Positions 1-8,868 of a stretch of DNA of 61,109 nt are shown here, piece by piece. The notes beneath the pieces were generated by a model, which saw nothing but the letters and a program-made list of their open reading frames with translations, searched no databases and was not told the DNA's origin. Both the position numbers and the translations under genes were made by a program. Positions within the stretch are counted from its first letter, which is position 1, and each line of letters starts with the position of its first letter. The stretch is taken from positions 1-61,109 of the IMG/VR virus record IMGVR_UViG_3300005608_000006; one strand, written 5' to 3'. Origin of the DNA: a virus (taxonomy: Duplodnaviria > Caudoviricetes).

Positions 1-344
1 CTAGCAACTGTAAAGTTTTCAGCATAACCTTGAATACTTGATGCCCATTTTTCAAATGCTGCTCTGAGTTTGAACTTACTGTCGTTCATAACAGTAATAG
101 TCCAAGGTTCAAAGGTTCTATCACCTGCAATTTTAAGTGTTCTACCTCTAAATGGAACTTCAATAACACCAATCTGAGAAGAAGGAAGATTTGCTGCACG
201 AACAGTAAACTTACCTAGTCTAACTAAGGATGCGTTGTTAATTATTCCAGAGGGGAAAGCGAGATCTACTTGAAATAGATTAGGACGTGCAAAGTCTGAG
301 GCGACATTCGCTTTAAAATCGTCAATTCTTCCTCTTCTTGCCAT
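1..344 (-). CDS. gp19: Tail tube protein gp19 (5' part; runs off the window)
   Basis: Manual translation from ATG at 344 gives MARRGRIDDFKANVASDFARPNLFQV...IEVPFRGRTLKIAGDRTFEPWTITVMND. ARPNLF and PFRGR..KIAGDRTFEPW are T4 gp19 motifs, and the gene follows gp18. Confidence 0.95.
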   Translation of the reverse strand, partial: MARRGRIDDFKANVASDFARPNLFQVDLAFPSGIINNASLVRLGKFTVRAANLPSSQIGVIEVPFRGRTLKIAGDRTFEPWTITVMNDSKFKLRAAFEKWASSIQGYAENFTVA

Positions 345-371
345 GGTTTTTAAAAATAACTCCGTCTTTTA

Positions 372-378
372 TATTTAG
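372..378 (-). promoter_or_regulatory. T4-type late promoter (CTAAATA) upstream of gp19
   Basis: Minus strand reads TCTAAATATAAAAGACGGAG, ~28 nt before the gp19 ATG, followed by a GGAG RBS-like motif. Confidence 0.7.
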
Positions 379-384
379 ATAAAT

Positions 385-420
385 GAAAAATTTCAGAGCC
401 TCTTGCGGAGACTCTGAAAC
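385..420 (-). terminator. Intrinsic terminator after gp18
   Basis: Minus strand TTTCAGAGTCTC-CGCAA-GAGGCTCTGAAA-TTTTT: long stem followed by a U-tract, just after the gp18 stop. Confidence 0.75.
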
Positions 421-443
421 TCATTTGGATTGTTTAGTTGTAA

Positions 444-2699
444 TTAATTAGCGATCTCTGAGAATGCAACTCCAGTTCTGGTAGCAACAAAGGTTAGAGT
501 GATAAAGTTAATTGTTCGTGTTGGTTTCACAAATATCTCTGCGAAAAATTCACCACGATCGATTGACTCAGCAGGGTTATTAGTTCCATCACACTTAACC
601 AAGAAGTCGATTACACCTCTACGACCTTGAACGTCGCGGAGATATGGTTCAACAATGTTGACGAATAGACTTCTTTGTGCATCGTCGTTTTGCTCGAAGA
701 GTTGTGATCTTGCAGCACCTGCAATAACTCTTTCGATTGTTAGGAATAGACGACGAATGTTGATTCTATCAAATGCGGATGACTGTGCTAATGCAGTCTT
801 GTCACCGAACAATACCACACCTTGACCAGGGAATGATACGATTGGGTTAATCCTATTTGCGTATAGAGTGTCTCTCTGTGTCTTTGTAGGTGTGTATGCT
901 AGTTTAATAGCATTTCTTAAGATACCTCGTTGGAAACCTGCTGGTGAGAACCATGGTTCAGCAACTTCAGTAGTCTGTAAGCAAAGACCTGCAACGTCAC
1001 CATTACAAGGGATGTAACGATAAACATCATTATACTTGTCGTAGATGTACTTGTATCCAGAATCAAATACTAAGTAAGAAGAACTAGGAAGTTTCTTGAA
1101 GAAAGAAACCATGTTAGTTGTAATTGTAGCAGCACTACTGATTCCAATTACGTTTCCTCTACGAGGTGAACAGAATACAATACAGTCTCTTCTCTCTTCA
1201 GCGATATTTACAAGAGTTGAAATCTTGGAAACAGCAGCTGCATCATCAGCACCAGAAGGACCTGCAAGTATAAAGTCGATTGTTTGTGACTCAGGATCTT
1301 CGATTAGTTCATATGCAGTTGTAATGTCTACTTGACCTACTGAATATGTTCCACCAGATAAACCATAATCAACACCACCACTTAATCTGTAGTAGTATGA
1401 TGAGTTGTTTACAGAACCTATAGTCTTGAATGTGCCAGGATAATCTGTAGTACCTGCACTAGAGCGTAGTAAGTTAAACTGTCTAGCAGCAGCTGTTTGA
1501 CCCCAGTTACCATCAGATGCTGATGAAGTTGCATTAAAGAATCCTGTCTCGTGCTCTGCCCAGTATATGTAAGCTGATTTTGCTTTTAATACGTTTGGAT
1601 AGTAGTTAGTCTCTCCAACAGATGTTTTTGCATCAGATGCTTTAGAAAGTCCAACAAATCTCTCAAGTAAAGCACCAGGTGTTCCACTGACTTTACCGTC
1701 AACATCAAGAACTAAAACGTGCATCTCGTCTCTATGTCCACCTTGTTGTGTAGCATATAGAGAAGTGCCAGGTCTAGGAGCAACGTTGATCCATTTTACG
1801 CCAGGTAGATACTCACGCTCTGAATACTCATCTCTTACTGAACTGACTGAAGCAGCAGTTGAGTTAGTATCTGAGATTGAATCAGAAGCAGCAAAGTCAA
1901 TGCTACCTTTGTTTAATCCGACATACACACGACGCTCAATACCAGCAGTTGAGATAACAGCAGTATTAGTTGTGCTTTGAGTCATTGTCTGACCGTCAGC
2001 AATAATACCTGTGATACCACCAGAAGGCATTCCGATTTCTATTTTCTTATTCTCTTCATCTACTGCGAGGACATTAACTGTTTGTGCTGATCCAGAGATG
2101 GAGATCGTTGCAGTTGAACCTGCAGTGATTGTTCCAACAAATGCATCAACTGTTAATACGATACTATACTTGAAGACTTTACCAGCAGCACCTGATGTTG
2201 CACTTACTGCTTCATCAGCCACATATTCGTGATCGTTACCAGATCCAGGTGCAGGAACGACCAAGATTTGATCAGGTCCAGCGTCTGTAGTGAATACAGC
2301 GATTGAGTTACCTTTAGTACCTGCTGTGCGAGAAACCCATTTGAATGAGTTACTTGCTGATTCGTAACTTGTTTCGTATTCTAATAAATTCTTGATTAAT
2401 GGTGGAGTTCCAGAATCTGTAGCGTTTTTTAGGGATGAAGATGTTACGCGAATTGCTTTTAAAGTTCCACCGTAAGACAAGAACTGAGCAGCTGAATACC
2501 AGTACTCGTAGTTATAATCGTTTGGTTTTCCAAAAACGTCTGCTAATTCTCTTTCTGAAGCGATGTCAACGATCTCTTCAACGGGTCCCAATTCAAACGG
2601 TGCTGCAAGAACACCAATGTTCGCACTCGCTACGGTTGTTACTGTAGTTAAATCTCTTTCTTGAAAAACTACACCAGGCGAGGATTGATTGACTGCCAT
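444..2699 (-). CDS. gp18: Tail sheath protein gp18
   Basis: SPGVVFQERDLT N-terminus; PWFSPAGFQRG, LFGDKT, FDRINIRRLF and FEQND sheath motifs. Confidence 0.97.
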   Translation of the reverse strand: MAVNQSSPGVVFQERDLTTVTTVASANIGVLAAPFELGPVEEIVDIASERELADVFGKPNDYNYEYWYSAAQFLSYGGTLKAIRVTSSSLKNATDSGTPPLIKNLLEYETSYESASNSFKWVSRTAGTKGNSIAVFTTDAGPDQILVVPAPGSGNDHEYVADEAVSATSGAAGKVFKYSIVLTVDAFVGTITAGSTATISISGSAQTVNVLAVDEENKKIEIGMPSGGITGIIADGQTMTQSTTNTAVISTAGIERRVYVGLNKGSIDFAASDSISDTNSTAASVSSVRDEYSEREYLPGVKWINVAPRPGTSLYATQQGGHRDEMHVLVLDVDGKVSGTPGALLERFVGLSKASDAKTSVGETNYYPNVLKAKSAYIYWAEHETGFFNATSSASDGNWGQTAAARQFNLLRSSAGTTDYPGTFKTIGSVNNSSYYYRLSGGVDYGLSGGTYSVGQVDITTAYELIEDPESQTIDFILAGPSGADDAAAVSKISTLVNIAEERRDCIVFCSPRRGNVIGISSAATITTNMVSFFKKLPSSSYLVFDSGYKYIYDKYNDVYRYIPCNGDVAGLCLQTTEVAEPWFSPAGFQRGILRNAIKLAYTPTKTQRDTLYANRINPIVSFPGQGVVLFGDKTALAQSSAFDRINIRRLFLTIERVIAGAARSQLFEQNDDAQRSLFVNIVEPYLRDVQGRRGVIDFLVKCDGTNNPAESIDRGEFFAEIFVKPTRTINFITLTFVATRTGVAFSEIAN

Positions 2700-2742
2700 G
2701 TTTAATGTCTCCTAGTATGTGCCAGTATCGGTTGTCTAAGAT

Positions 2743-2750
2743 TATTTATA
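2743..2750 (-). promoter_or_regulatory. T4 late promoter TATAAATA upstream of gp18
   Basis: Exact T4 late consensus, 44 nt upstream of the gp18 ATG. Confidence 0.85.
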
Positions 2751-2761
2751 TTTTTGAAACG

Positions 2762-4411
2762 TCACCTAAACTCCCACATATATGACTTGTCTCCATATTC
2801 CGCGACTTTCCAGACATCTCCCTGTGCATCTTTGAACTGATCCTCTTCAAAACCATCAGAAACAAATCCAAATGGAGCCATGTCTTGTTCTATAGCATCT
2901 CGTTGATCATCATATATTCTTTGTCTTACATCATTATCATGCATCTCTTTAAAGTAAGGTTGCATTGCCATCCATGAGAAAATAACCAAACACATTGCTA
3001 GGTCATCATTACACCCTTCTTCTGCAGCAAATGATTGACCTTTCTGAATGAATGTAGTTAGTTCCGCAATGGTATCGTAATCATTGATTGATAACTTATC
3101 TTCTTCTATTAATGCTTTTAGATTAGAACATCCAACTTGTTTTGCTGCTGTAGACATTTTTAAACCAAGTTGTGTCTTCTTACCAGAGAATCCTTGACCA
3201 AGTTGTTGACCTGCACGTCCTCTCATTGAACACATGAGAAGGTTCTCGTACTCTAAGTCATATTGAATGATGTCTGCAACCTGTCCACCTATATCATTTA
3301 CCTCACATAATATGTAAGCACCATTATAGTTCTTGGCTACATCAACAACTATATTAGGAAGAACAATAGGTTTCACTTCATTGTTTCTATACCTTGCTAC
3401 CATTTTATATGGTAATGTCGTTGTATCAAACACCACGAATGCAGAATAATCATTACCAATACCACGAGATACGTCCACAGTAACAATGTAATTATGTTCT
3501 TCTATCTTGTTTTCATATATTGCTAGACCTCTATTTTCCTTTATTGGATCATGATAAGGCATTGTTCTTAGTTTACTTGGTGCTATTAACGTATCTACAG
3601 ATCCCAAGAACTCACATTCAAACTCAACTCTAAACTGTTGTTCTGATGTGTTTTTAATTGTTTGTTCTTTCCATACCTCATCACGACCTGGCACTTCAGA
3701 CCAATGAACTTCAGTTGGGACGTATTCATTAGTTCCACGCTCTGCATCATGCCAGAGTTTGTAGAACATGTTCATTCCGTGAGGAGTAGATATGATAATA
3801 ACTTTTGTAGACTTACCTGAGGAGATAGTTGGATAAACAGAACTAAAAAACTGATCAGCGATATGATTTGGAATGAACGCGAATTCATCCAAAAATATAA
3901 TGTTAAACGACATACCCCTAACAGCAGAAGCAGAAGTAGATGCAGCCATGATCTTACTTCCATTCTCCAATTCCAATGATCCTCTGTTCCATTGGAGGAT
4001 TCCTTGTTGGAGGTATTTGGGGAGACTTTCATAACTTAGTTGTAAACGTTGTAGCATTTCACGAGCAGTCGCTGCTTTGTTTGCAAGGATTGCTACGTTA
4101 ACATTAGGATTGAATAGAACATACCATAAAAGATATGAGGTAACAATAGTTGATTTACCAGACTGTCTTGGTAGTTTTGCTATATTAAATCTATAGTCAT
4201 GGAACTTTGATACCATCTCTTCTTGGAAATGATACATGTCAAACGGAATCAAACCTTTGTCTAGAGATACTATCTTAATATAATTCCTGATAAAATACAC
4301 AGGATCTTCAGAACACTTCAGTACTTCCTTAACTTGTTTCTTAGTAAATTTCTGAGAAACATTTGCTTTTTTTAAATTAGGATTACCTAAGTATTGCTCA
4401 GTGCTTGCCAT
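2762..4411 (-). CDS. gp17: Terminase large subunit gp17
   Basis: YLGNPNLKKAN; Walker A PRQSGKS; Walker B IIFLDEFAF; STPHGMN; nuclease motifs VDVSRG and DDLAM. Confidence 0.98.
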   Translation of the reverse strand: MASTEQYLGNPNLKKANVSQKFTKKQVKEVLKCSEDPVYFIRNYIKIVSLDKGLIPFDMYHFQEEMVSKFHDYRFNIAKLPRQSGKSTIVTSYLLWYVLFNPNVNVAILANKAATAREMLQRLQLSYESLPKYLQQGILQWNRGSLELENGSKIMAASTSASAVRGMSFNIIFLDEFAFIPNHIADQFFSSVYPTISSGKSTKVIIISTPHGMNMFYKLWHDAERGTNEYVPTEVHWSEVPGRDEVWKEQTIKNTSEQQFRVEFECEFLGSVDTLIAPSKLRTMPYHDPIKENRGLAIYENKIEEHNYIVTVDVSRGIGNDYSAFVVFDTTTLPYKMVARYRNNEVKPIVLPNIVVDVAKNYNGAYILCEVNDIGGQVADIIQYDLEYENLLMCSMRGRAGQQLGQGFSGKKTQLGLKMSTAAKQVGCSNLKALIEEDKLSINDYDTIAELTTFIQKGQSFAAEEGCNDDLAMCLVIFSWMAMQPYFKEMHDNDVRQRIYDDQRDAIEQDMAPFGFVSDGFEEDQFKDAQGDVWKVAEYGDKSYMWEFR

Positions 4412-5085
4412 TTTGGTTTGTCAAATAAAACGTCATTGATGTATTCGTCTGCCCATTCGGGATCGAACCATTGACTAAGGACTGCTTTAGTCTTTGTATT
4501 CTTCCTTTGGGAAGTGCAATACCAACACTGGTCATCAATCCTTTTCATAGTATTTATCCATTGCATATCGAAGACAGCGTTTTCTACTATACCTCTATAG
4601 AGGTTAAGGGTATCTTTAATCATATCCAAATACATTTGTTTTTCCTTTTCAGTCTTGATACGAACGAACTTACACCCTTCTGAAAATATCTCTTCACCCC
4701 ATTGTGGTAAAATTCTATCCTCTTCAAAATTATACTTAAATGATATATCTTTGAATAGTTCCATTAATCTCTCCGTGCCACACACAGGTGATAAATCTAT
4801 GATTGCAGCAGTAATTACTTTTGGTGTTTCTACAATATCGGCACCAAAAATGGGTATAGGATAATCTACTGAAGGATACAATACACAATGCATCACTTCT
4901 ATATTATCCGTATACCCAGTTTCTAAATGCATCTTTCTCAGTTTTTTACTCTGATGCATTTCATTCATTATGAATACTTTATCGTTCTCAACAATAGGAT
5001 ATTTGTTCTCCATAGACTTGACATCTGGAAAACTCCTTAATTCTTTTCTAATATAATTAGATACTTCAGCCGTCAGACTTGTCAC
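4387..5085 (-). CDS. pcyA: Phycocyanobilin:ferredoxin oxidoreductase (ferredoxin-dependent bilin reductase)
   Basis: LRKMHLE (His74/Glu76-like), VMHCVLYP (His88-like), PIFGADIV (Asp105-like), AAIIDLSP, LPQWGEEIFS, QCWYCTSQRKNTKT and WADEYINDVLFD. Confidence 0.9.
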   Translation of the reverse strand: MTSLTAEVSNYIRKELRSFPDVKSMENKYPIVENDKVFIMNEMHQSKKLRKMHLETGYTDNIEVMHCVLYPSVDYPIPIFGADIVETPKVITAAIIDLSPVCGTERLMELFKDISFKYNFEEDRILPQWGEEIFSEGCKFVRIKTEKEKQMYLDMIKDTLNLYRGIVENAVFDMQWINTMKRIDDQCWYCTSQRKNTKTKAVLSQWFDPEWADEYINDVLFDKPKWQALSNT

Positions 5086-5290
5086 TTTTTCTCATAAAGT
5101 ATTTTTGAATAACTTCAATTTGATCTTGATACTTAGCGATCATGTTTAGTTCTTCTTCGATTGCTTCTACAACGTTTGAGTGCTCACCAATACCAACAGG
5201 GTTTGTAAGATAAACTTCAACATTTGCTTTGTGTTTTGCAATATCTCCTTGTGCATGTGCTAGTAGTGCTTTAAGTAGTTGTTCTCTCAT
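5066..5290 (-). CDS. Small hypothetical protein of a type common in cyanophages
   Basis: 74-aa ORF (HKANVEVYLTNPVGIGEH) translationally coupled within the operon. Confidence 0.75.
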   Translation of the reverse strand: MREQLLKALLAHAQGDIAKHKANVEVYLTNPVGIGEHSNVVEAIEEELNMIAKYQDQIEVIQKYFMRKSDKSDG

Positions 5291-5430
5291 TACAGTAAAA
5301 TTGCTCCAATAATAAATCCTTTAGCGAATGAAATACACAGCATTTTGTAATCTGATAATTCAAACCTGTCTTGAAACTTTTTGATAAGTCTCTTATCCCA
5401 TTCAACAAATTTGTCGAAATACTTTTTCAT
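5290..5430 (-). CDS. 46-aa protein with a C-terminal hydrophobic segment (missing from ORF track)
   Basis: Manual translation MKKYFDKFVEWDKRLIKKFQDRFELSDYKMLCISFAKGFIIGAILL; fills the gap exactly, with a TAATG overlap. Confidence 0.75.
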   Translation of the reverse strand: MKKYFDKFVEWDKRLIKKFQDRFELSDYKMLCISFAKGFIIGAILL

Positions 5431-5895
5431 TTAACCCTCGTTTAGTGTTCCAAATGATCTTCTTATTTCACGGAGTGCTTCAAGATTCATATCTTTCGTA
5501 CCTCCATCATAAGCATGAGCATACCCCTCGGTAATCATTTGCTCATTAAGGGACACATTTGAGTCCCCGACGTAAAGCCAACCGAGTAAGCGACCATACT
5601 TACCGACACCACCAACAAGTTCAGTCCTAATAGACAACTCATCATCACCAGCGATAGTTGACTCCAACTTCTCTTTGAGCCAGTTTGTTGCATCAATTCC
5701 AAGAGCTTTCTCCTCTAAATTTCGAGTTCTTTTCTCAGGTGTATCAACACCAGCGACACGTACCCGTTCCTTTTTATATAGATCAAATCCTAGATCGATT
5801 GTAACATCTATTGTGTCACCATCAAGTACTCGGTTGATCTCTGTTATTCGGAAGTTGTAACAACTCTTTCTGTTCGGGGGTATCATTGCTCCCAT
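5431..5895 (-). CDS. Thermonuclease (SNase-like) family protein
   Basis: RVLDGDTID, RVRVAGVDTPE, GKYGRLLG and SLNEQMITEGYA SNase motifs. Confidence 0.88.
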   Translation of the reverse strand: MGAMIPPNRKSCYNFRITEINRVLDGDTIDVTIDLGFDLYKKERVRVAGVDTPEKRTRNLEEKALGIDATNWLKEKLESTIAGDDELSIRTELVGGVGKYGRLLGWLYVGDSNVSLNEQMITEGYAHAYDGGTKDMNLEALREIRRSFGTLNEG

Positions 5896-5995
5896 CGCTC
5901 ATCTCCAAAAATGACATACGAAGTATATAGTAGATATACCACGACACTATTATTACAAGTATCGCAACCATCCATACTACTCCCCAGACAACCAT
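5822..5995 (-). CDS. 57-aa single-pass membrane protein (missing from ORF track)
   Basis: Manual translation MVVWGVVWMVAILVIIVSWYIYYILRMSFLEMSDGSND...; coupled to the upstream ORF by TAATG. Confidence 0.6.
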   Translation of the reverse strand: MVVWGVVWMVAILVIIVSWYIYYILRMSFLEMSDGSNDTPEQKELLQLPNNRDQPST

Positions 5996-6153
5996 TATTC
6001 TTCTTTAATAACGTATTCTGATGAATGTTCCGTCAGAAGTCCTGGTAGATCTTCTTTTGCTTGCTTAATAGCATTGTATGCATCATCTGCATACTCACAA
6101 ATTTCATAATGATTATTGAGGTTATCGTGATAACCTACGGTATAATGGGACAT
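5995..6153 (-). CDS. 52-aa acidic hypothetical protein (missing from ORF track)
   Basis: Manual translation MSHYTVGYHDNLNNHYEICEYADDAYNAIKQAKEDLPGLLTEHSSEYVIKEE; preceded by GGAG and a late promoter. Confidence 0.75.
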   Translation of the reverse strand: MSHYTVGYHDNLNNHYEICEYADDAYNAIKQAKEDLPGLLTEHSSEYVIKEE

Positions 6154-6178
6154 GATAGTTTCAACTCCATTTACCCTA

Positions 6179-6418
6179 TTATTTATTTGGGTTATGGTCT
6201 TTCATACCGCCATGGTTACCATCTCCTGGCAATTTACCGTAAGCAACATATTCGATTGCTTGCATAGAACCTTCGAGTCTAGTTAGATCTCTTTCTAACT
6301 TTACATACTCATCATATGCTGCTTGAAGTTCTTGCTTTCTCTGAGACAACTGTATAGTACGTTTAGTAAAACGTTGAATGAGTTGTTCAGAAGATTCAAC
6401 TGTTTTCATTCCTTTCAT
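6179..6418 (-). CDS. Small coiled-coil hypothetical protein
   Basis: 79-aa helical ORF. Its LTRLEGSMQAIEY resembles ALKLQGAIETLEY in 20743..20967. Confidence 0.7.
   Translation of the reverse strand: MKGMKTVESSEQLIQRFTKRTIQLSQRKQELQAAYDEYVKLERDLTRLEGSMQAIEYVAYGKLPGDGNHGGMKDHNPNK
6180..6186 (-). promoter_or_regulatory. Late promoter ATAAATA
   Basis: Motif overlaps the stop of 6179..6418, 27 nt upstream of the ATG at 6153. Confidence 0.6.
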
Positions 6419-6420
6419 AA

Positions 6421-6684
6421 TTAATCATCTAGATCTTTTAGTTTTTTCTCGACCCAATGGTCTTCATTGTTTATTCCAGCTGCTTTTACATATCTCATAA
6501 TATGATCATCAATTTGATGAAAGATTGGATGTAAATCCAAATCCATATTAATATCATGAGCAATGTCTGCTACTTGGGATTCTGTTAAACAGTGGTCTGG
6601 ATGTAACAGATCACAAGTTGGAATTCTTTGTTCAATTAATTCATTGAGATTAAGTCTAATCTCATAGTCACGATAGACTGGCAT
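6421..6684 (-). CDS. Hypothetical protein (likely start MPVYRDYEIR at 6684)
   Basis: ORF track gives 6421..6732, but an AAGGAG RBS precedes the ATG at 6684. Confidence 0.7.
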   Translation of the reverse strand: MPVYRDYEIRLNLNELIEQRIPTCDLLHPDHCLTESQVADIAHDINMDLDLHPIFHQIDDHIMRYVKAAGINNEDHWVEKKLKDLDD

Positions 6685-6814
6685 TTTCAAACTCCTTGAT
6701 AAGGGAATCGTATTTTCTAAACATTTTATCACCTGCGATATAGCATCGCTGACGCTTCCATAAAGCCTCTATGATTAATTTATAATCATCTTTGGTGAAT
6801 GTTTCGGTTGTCAT
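6668..6814 (-). CDS. 48-aa hypothetical protein (missing from ORF track)
   Basis: Manual translation MTTETFTKDDYKLIIEALWKRQRCYIAGDKMFRKYDSLIKEFENASLS; ATGA overlap with the PTOX stop. Confidence 0.65.
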   Translation of the reverse strand: MTTETFTKDDYKLIIEALWKRQRCYIAGDKMFRKYDSLIKEFENASLS

Positions 6815-7317
6815 CTGATAAGCTCCATTGCTTGAGATAGTTCTTGAGCGTGTTTGACCTCATCATCTCTTATTCTAATGATGTCTTGATCATCTGGATG
6901 GTTTGTCAGGTATTTCTCATATGTTTCGGCAGCATGCCATTCTACTTTCTCATTTAGATCGTAAGCAGAAATAGGAAATAACCCGTAATAAACCACCATA
7001 ATCCAATAGTAGATAAGGACGAGAGATTTGGCAAAGATGCGGTCGATCCAATAATCAGCACCCCCACGAGACTCCATATGCTCAAGATGTTCCGTTTCGT
7101 TAAGTGTTTGACCAAAATGTTCCTCCATTAGTTTTATATGTACTGGTCCTCTAAGACCCATTGATTCTTTAAAATGTAATACGCTTAAAAACGCAAAATA
7201 GGGTGCACGAGCTATTTCCTCAAGCACCCAAAATCTTTGGAAGTCTCTGTCTTTGTAAAGCCAATCAATAATAGCAACCGTTATAGTTAAAACTATAGTA
7301 TTGAAAGATTTTAACAC
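6811..7317 (-). CDS. ptoX: Plastoquinol terminal oxidase (AOX/PTOX family)
   Basis: RFWVLEEIARAPYFAFLSVLH, NETEHL, VEWHAAETY and DDEVKHA: di-iron E/ExxH ligands of PTOX. Confidence 0.93.
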   Translation of the reverse strand: MLKSFNTIVLTITVAIIDWLYKDRDFQRFWVLEEIARAPYFAFLSVLHFKESMGLRGPVHIKLMEEHFGQTLNETEHLEHMESRGGADYWIDRIFAKSLVLIYYWIMVVYYGLFPISAYDLNEKVEWHAAETYEKYLTNHPDDQDIIRIRDDEVKHAQELSQAMELIR

Positions 7318-7357
7318 TGATTTTTAATCACATCTGTACTATCTATACAAGTAATGA

Positions 7358-7576
7358 TTACTTAATATTTGCACGACGATGTGCCCATGTTTGACCACTT
7401 GTAGATCCTTTACATGGGTTTATACAACCTTTACTTTGATATCCGTAATCTTCTAATGTATTGCAAACTAAACCTGCTAAATCATGTGGATCTCCTTCTT
7501 GTCCACTTGACCAATATAATTGTCCACCCAACCATTGTGCACCACAGGTGGGACAAGTTGATGTTAGCAGTTCCAT
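7358..7576 (-). CDS. Small Cys-rich hypothetical protein
   Basis: CPTCGAQW...DLAGLVCN...CINPC; overlaps the upstream ORF. Confidence 0.65.
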   Translation of the reverse strand: MELLTSTCPTCGAQWLGGQLYWSSGQEGDPHDLAGLVCNTLEDYGYQSKGCINPCKGSTSGQTWAHRRANIK

Positions 7577-8868
7577 GCTCTGAGAGACTTAGATAGTCTA
7601 TCGTCGCCTGTATTATTAGATGGTTTCTGTCTCTTTCTCATGCCCTTCATTCTAGCACAGAAGGATGCCCTACGGGGGTTTCCAACTTTCTTGCTAGGTG
7701 CTTTAAGGTCAGATCCAGGATTTTCGCGTTCGTAACTTTTTCTGCCTTTTTCGTTGAGTCCTCCTGACTTATTTTTTCCTTCTTTTTTTGTCCATGCTGC
7801 TCCTTCTTCGACATTTTCAGTCTCCTCCTTCTTTACGCAACGGTTGTATTTCTTACCGAATAAAGTTTGTGAGCCTTTCTTTTCATAACCTTTCCAACAT
7901 TTCATACTTTTTTCTTGAAACTCTTGGAATGAGAGATTACCTTCAAATTCTTCTTTCTTACTTTTGTTTCCCCAATTCTTTGCTCCCACTTTTCGGCATT
8001 TGACAAGTGCACCGCTTGCATAAGCACTTGGCCAAACTGAATAACGAGACTTGACCTTGTGATAACAAGCGTCTTTTTTACCTTCTGTTTGTATTTGTTG
8101 TGTAGATTCGGTTTTCACGTTGATTGCTTTCCCTTTTCTATCAGGATTCGGATCTTTTTTATTTTTACGACGGAAGGCTGCGTCTTCTTCCTTTTTATTT
8201 AGGTTTCTCTTCATTTTAGAGGAACCGCATTTAGGTTTTGTTGTTTGTCCTGGTTGTTTTGCACAGGGTTTTCCTGCATATTTCCCACCCAACTGAACCC
8301 AACCAGGGGTGCCATCAGAAGAGCGACTCTTAGAAAACCAGTCACGCAAAGAACTATCACCACTCTTGGATTTTTCATTAATTGAACCATGTCCCAAGTT
8401 CTTTTCTTTTTCTTTTCCTCTGATTTTTTGAATAGCATTGACTCTCATAATAGTTTCAACGTTGTGTTTGTGAGGTTTTTCTACAGTACTCACTTTTTCT
8501 TTCATAGCAAGTTTAGTTGCTATAGCATATTTAACATTTTTATCACCATACCTTTTCTTCATATCTCTTGAACTTATAGCATCAGCAATTTCATCACGTT
8601 TCTTTATTTGTTTCTTAGTCATTACACCTTCACTCATGCCACCTCCCCCAGAATCACCACCAGAACCACTATTATTACTATTAGAGTCACCGTTACTACC
8701 ATTAGAGATTCCTGATTCTTCTGCTGCATCCTCTTGTTCAGATTTTGTAGCATCCTTTACAGAATATTTATCCCATAACCTACCACCATATGCACATTGT
8801 TTACGACTTTCTTTTTTACAACAAAGTCTACAATATCTTTTTTCTTGACCAGGTGTTTTAACGGTCAT
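7564..8868 (-). CDS. Modular Lys-rich protein (DUF6321-like C-terminal module); possible internal head protein
   Basis: Modules WPSAYASGALVKCRK, CWKGY, and GGLNEKGRKSY...RRASFCARM...SLRAWNC separated by E-rich linkers. Family name is recalled, not searched. Confidence 0.75.
   Translation of the reverse strand: MTVKTPGQEKRYCRLCCKKESRKQCAYGGRLWDKYSVKDATKSEQEDAAEESGISNGSNGDSNSNNSGSGGDSGGGGMSEGVMTKKQIKKRDEIADAISSRDMKKRYGDKNVKYAIATKLAMKEKVSTVEKPHKHNVETIMRVNAIQKIRGKEKEKNLGHGSINEKSKSGDSSLRDWFSKSRSSDGTPGWVQLGGKYAGKPCAKQPGQTTKPKCGSSKMKRNLNKKEEDAAFRRKNKKDPNPDRKGKAINVKTESTQQIQTEGKKDACYHKVKSRYSVWPSAYASGALVKCRKVGAKNWGNKSKKEEFEGNLSFQEFQEKSMKCWKGYEKKGSQTLFGKKYNRCVKKEETENVEEGAAWTKKEGKNKSGGLNEKGRKSYERENPGSDLKAPSKKVGNPRRASFCARMKGMRKRQKPSNNTGDDRLSKSLRAWNC

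Noticed and set aside
4387-5085. Alternative call as pebS or pcyX
   Set aside because: The HLE, MHCV.YP and FGADIV motifs fit PcyA best, though a phylogeny is needed to be certain.
8630-8720. Gly/Ser/Asn low-complexity tract
   Set aside because: A simple flexible linker in the 434-aa protein.
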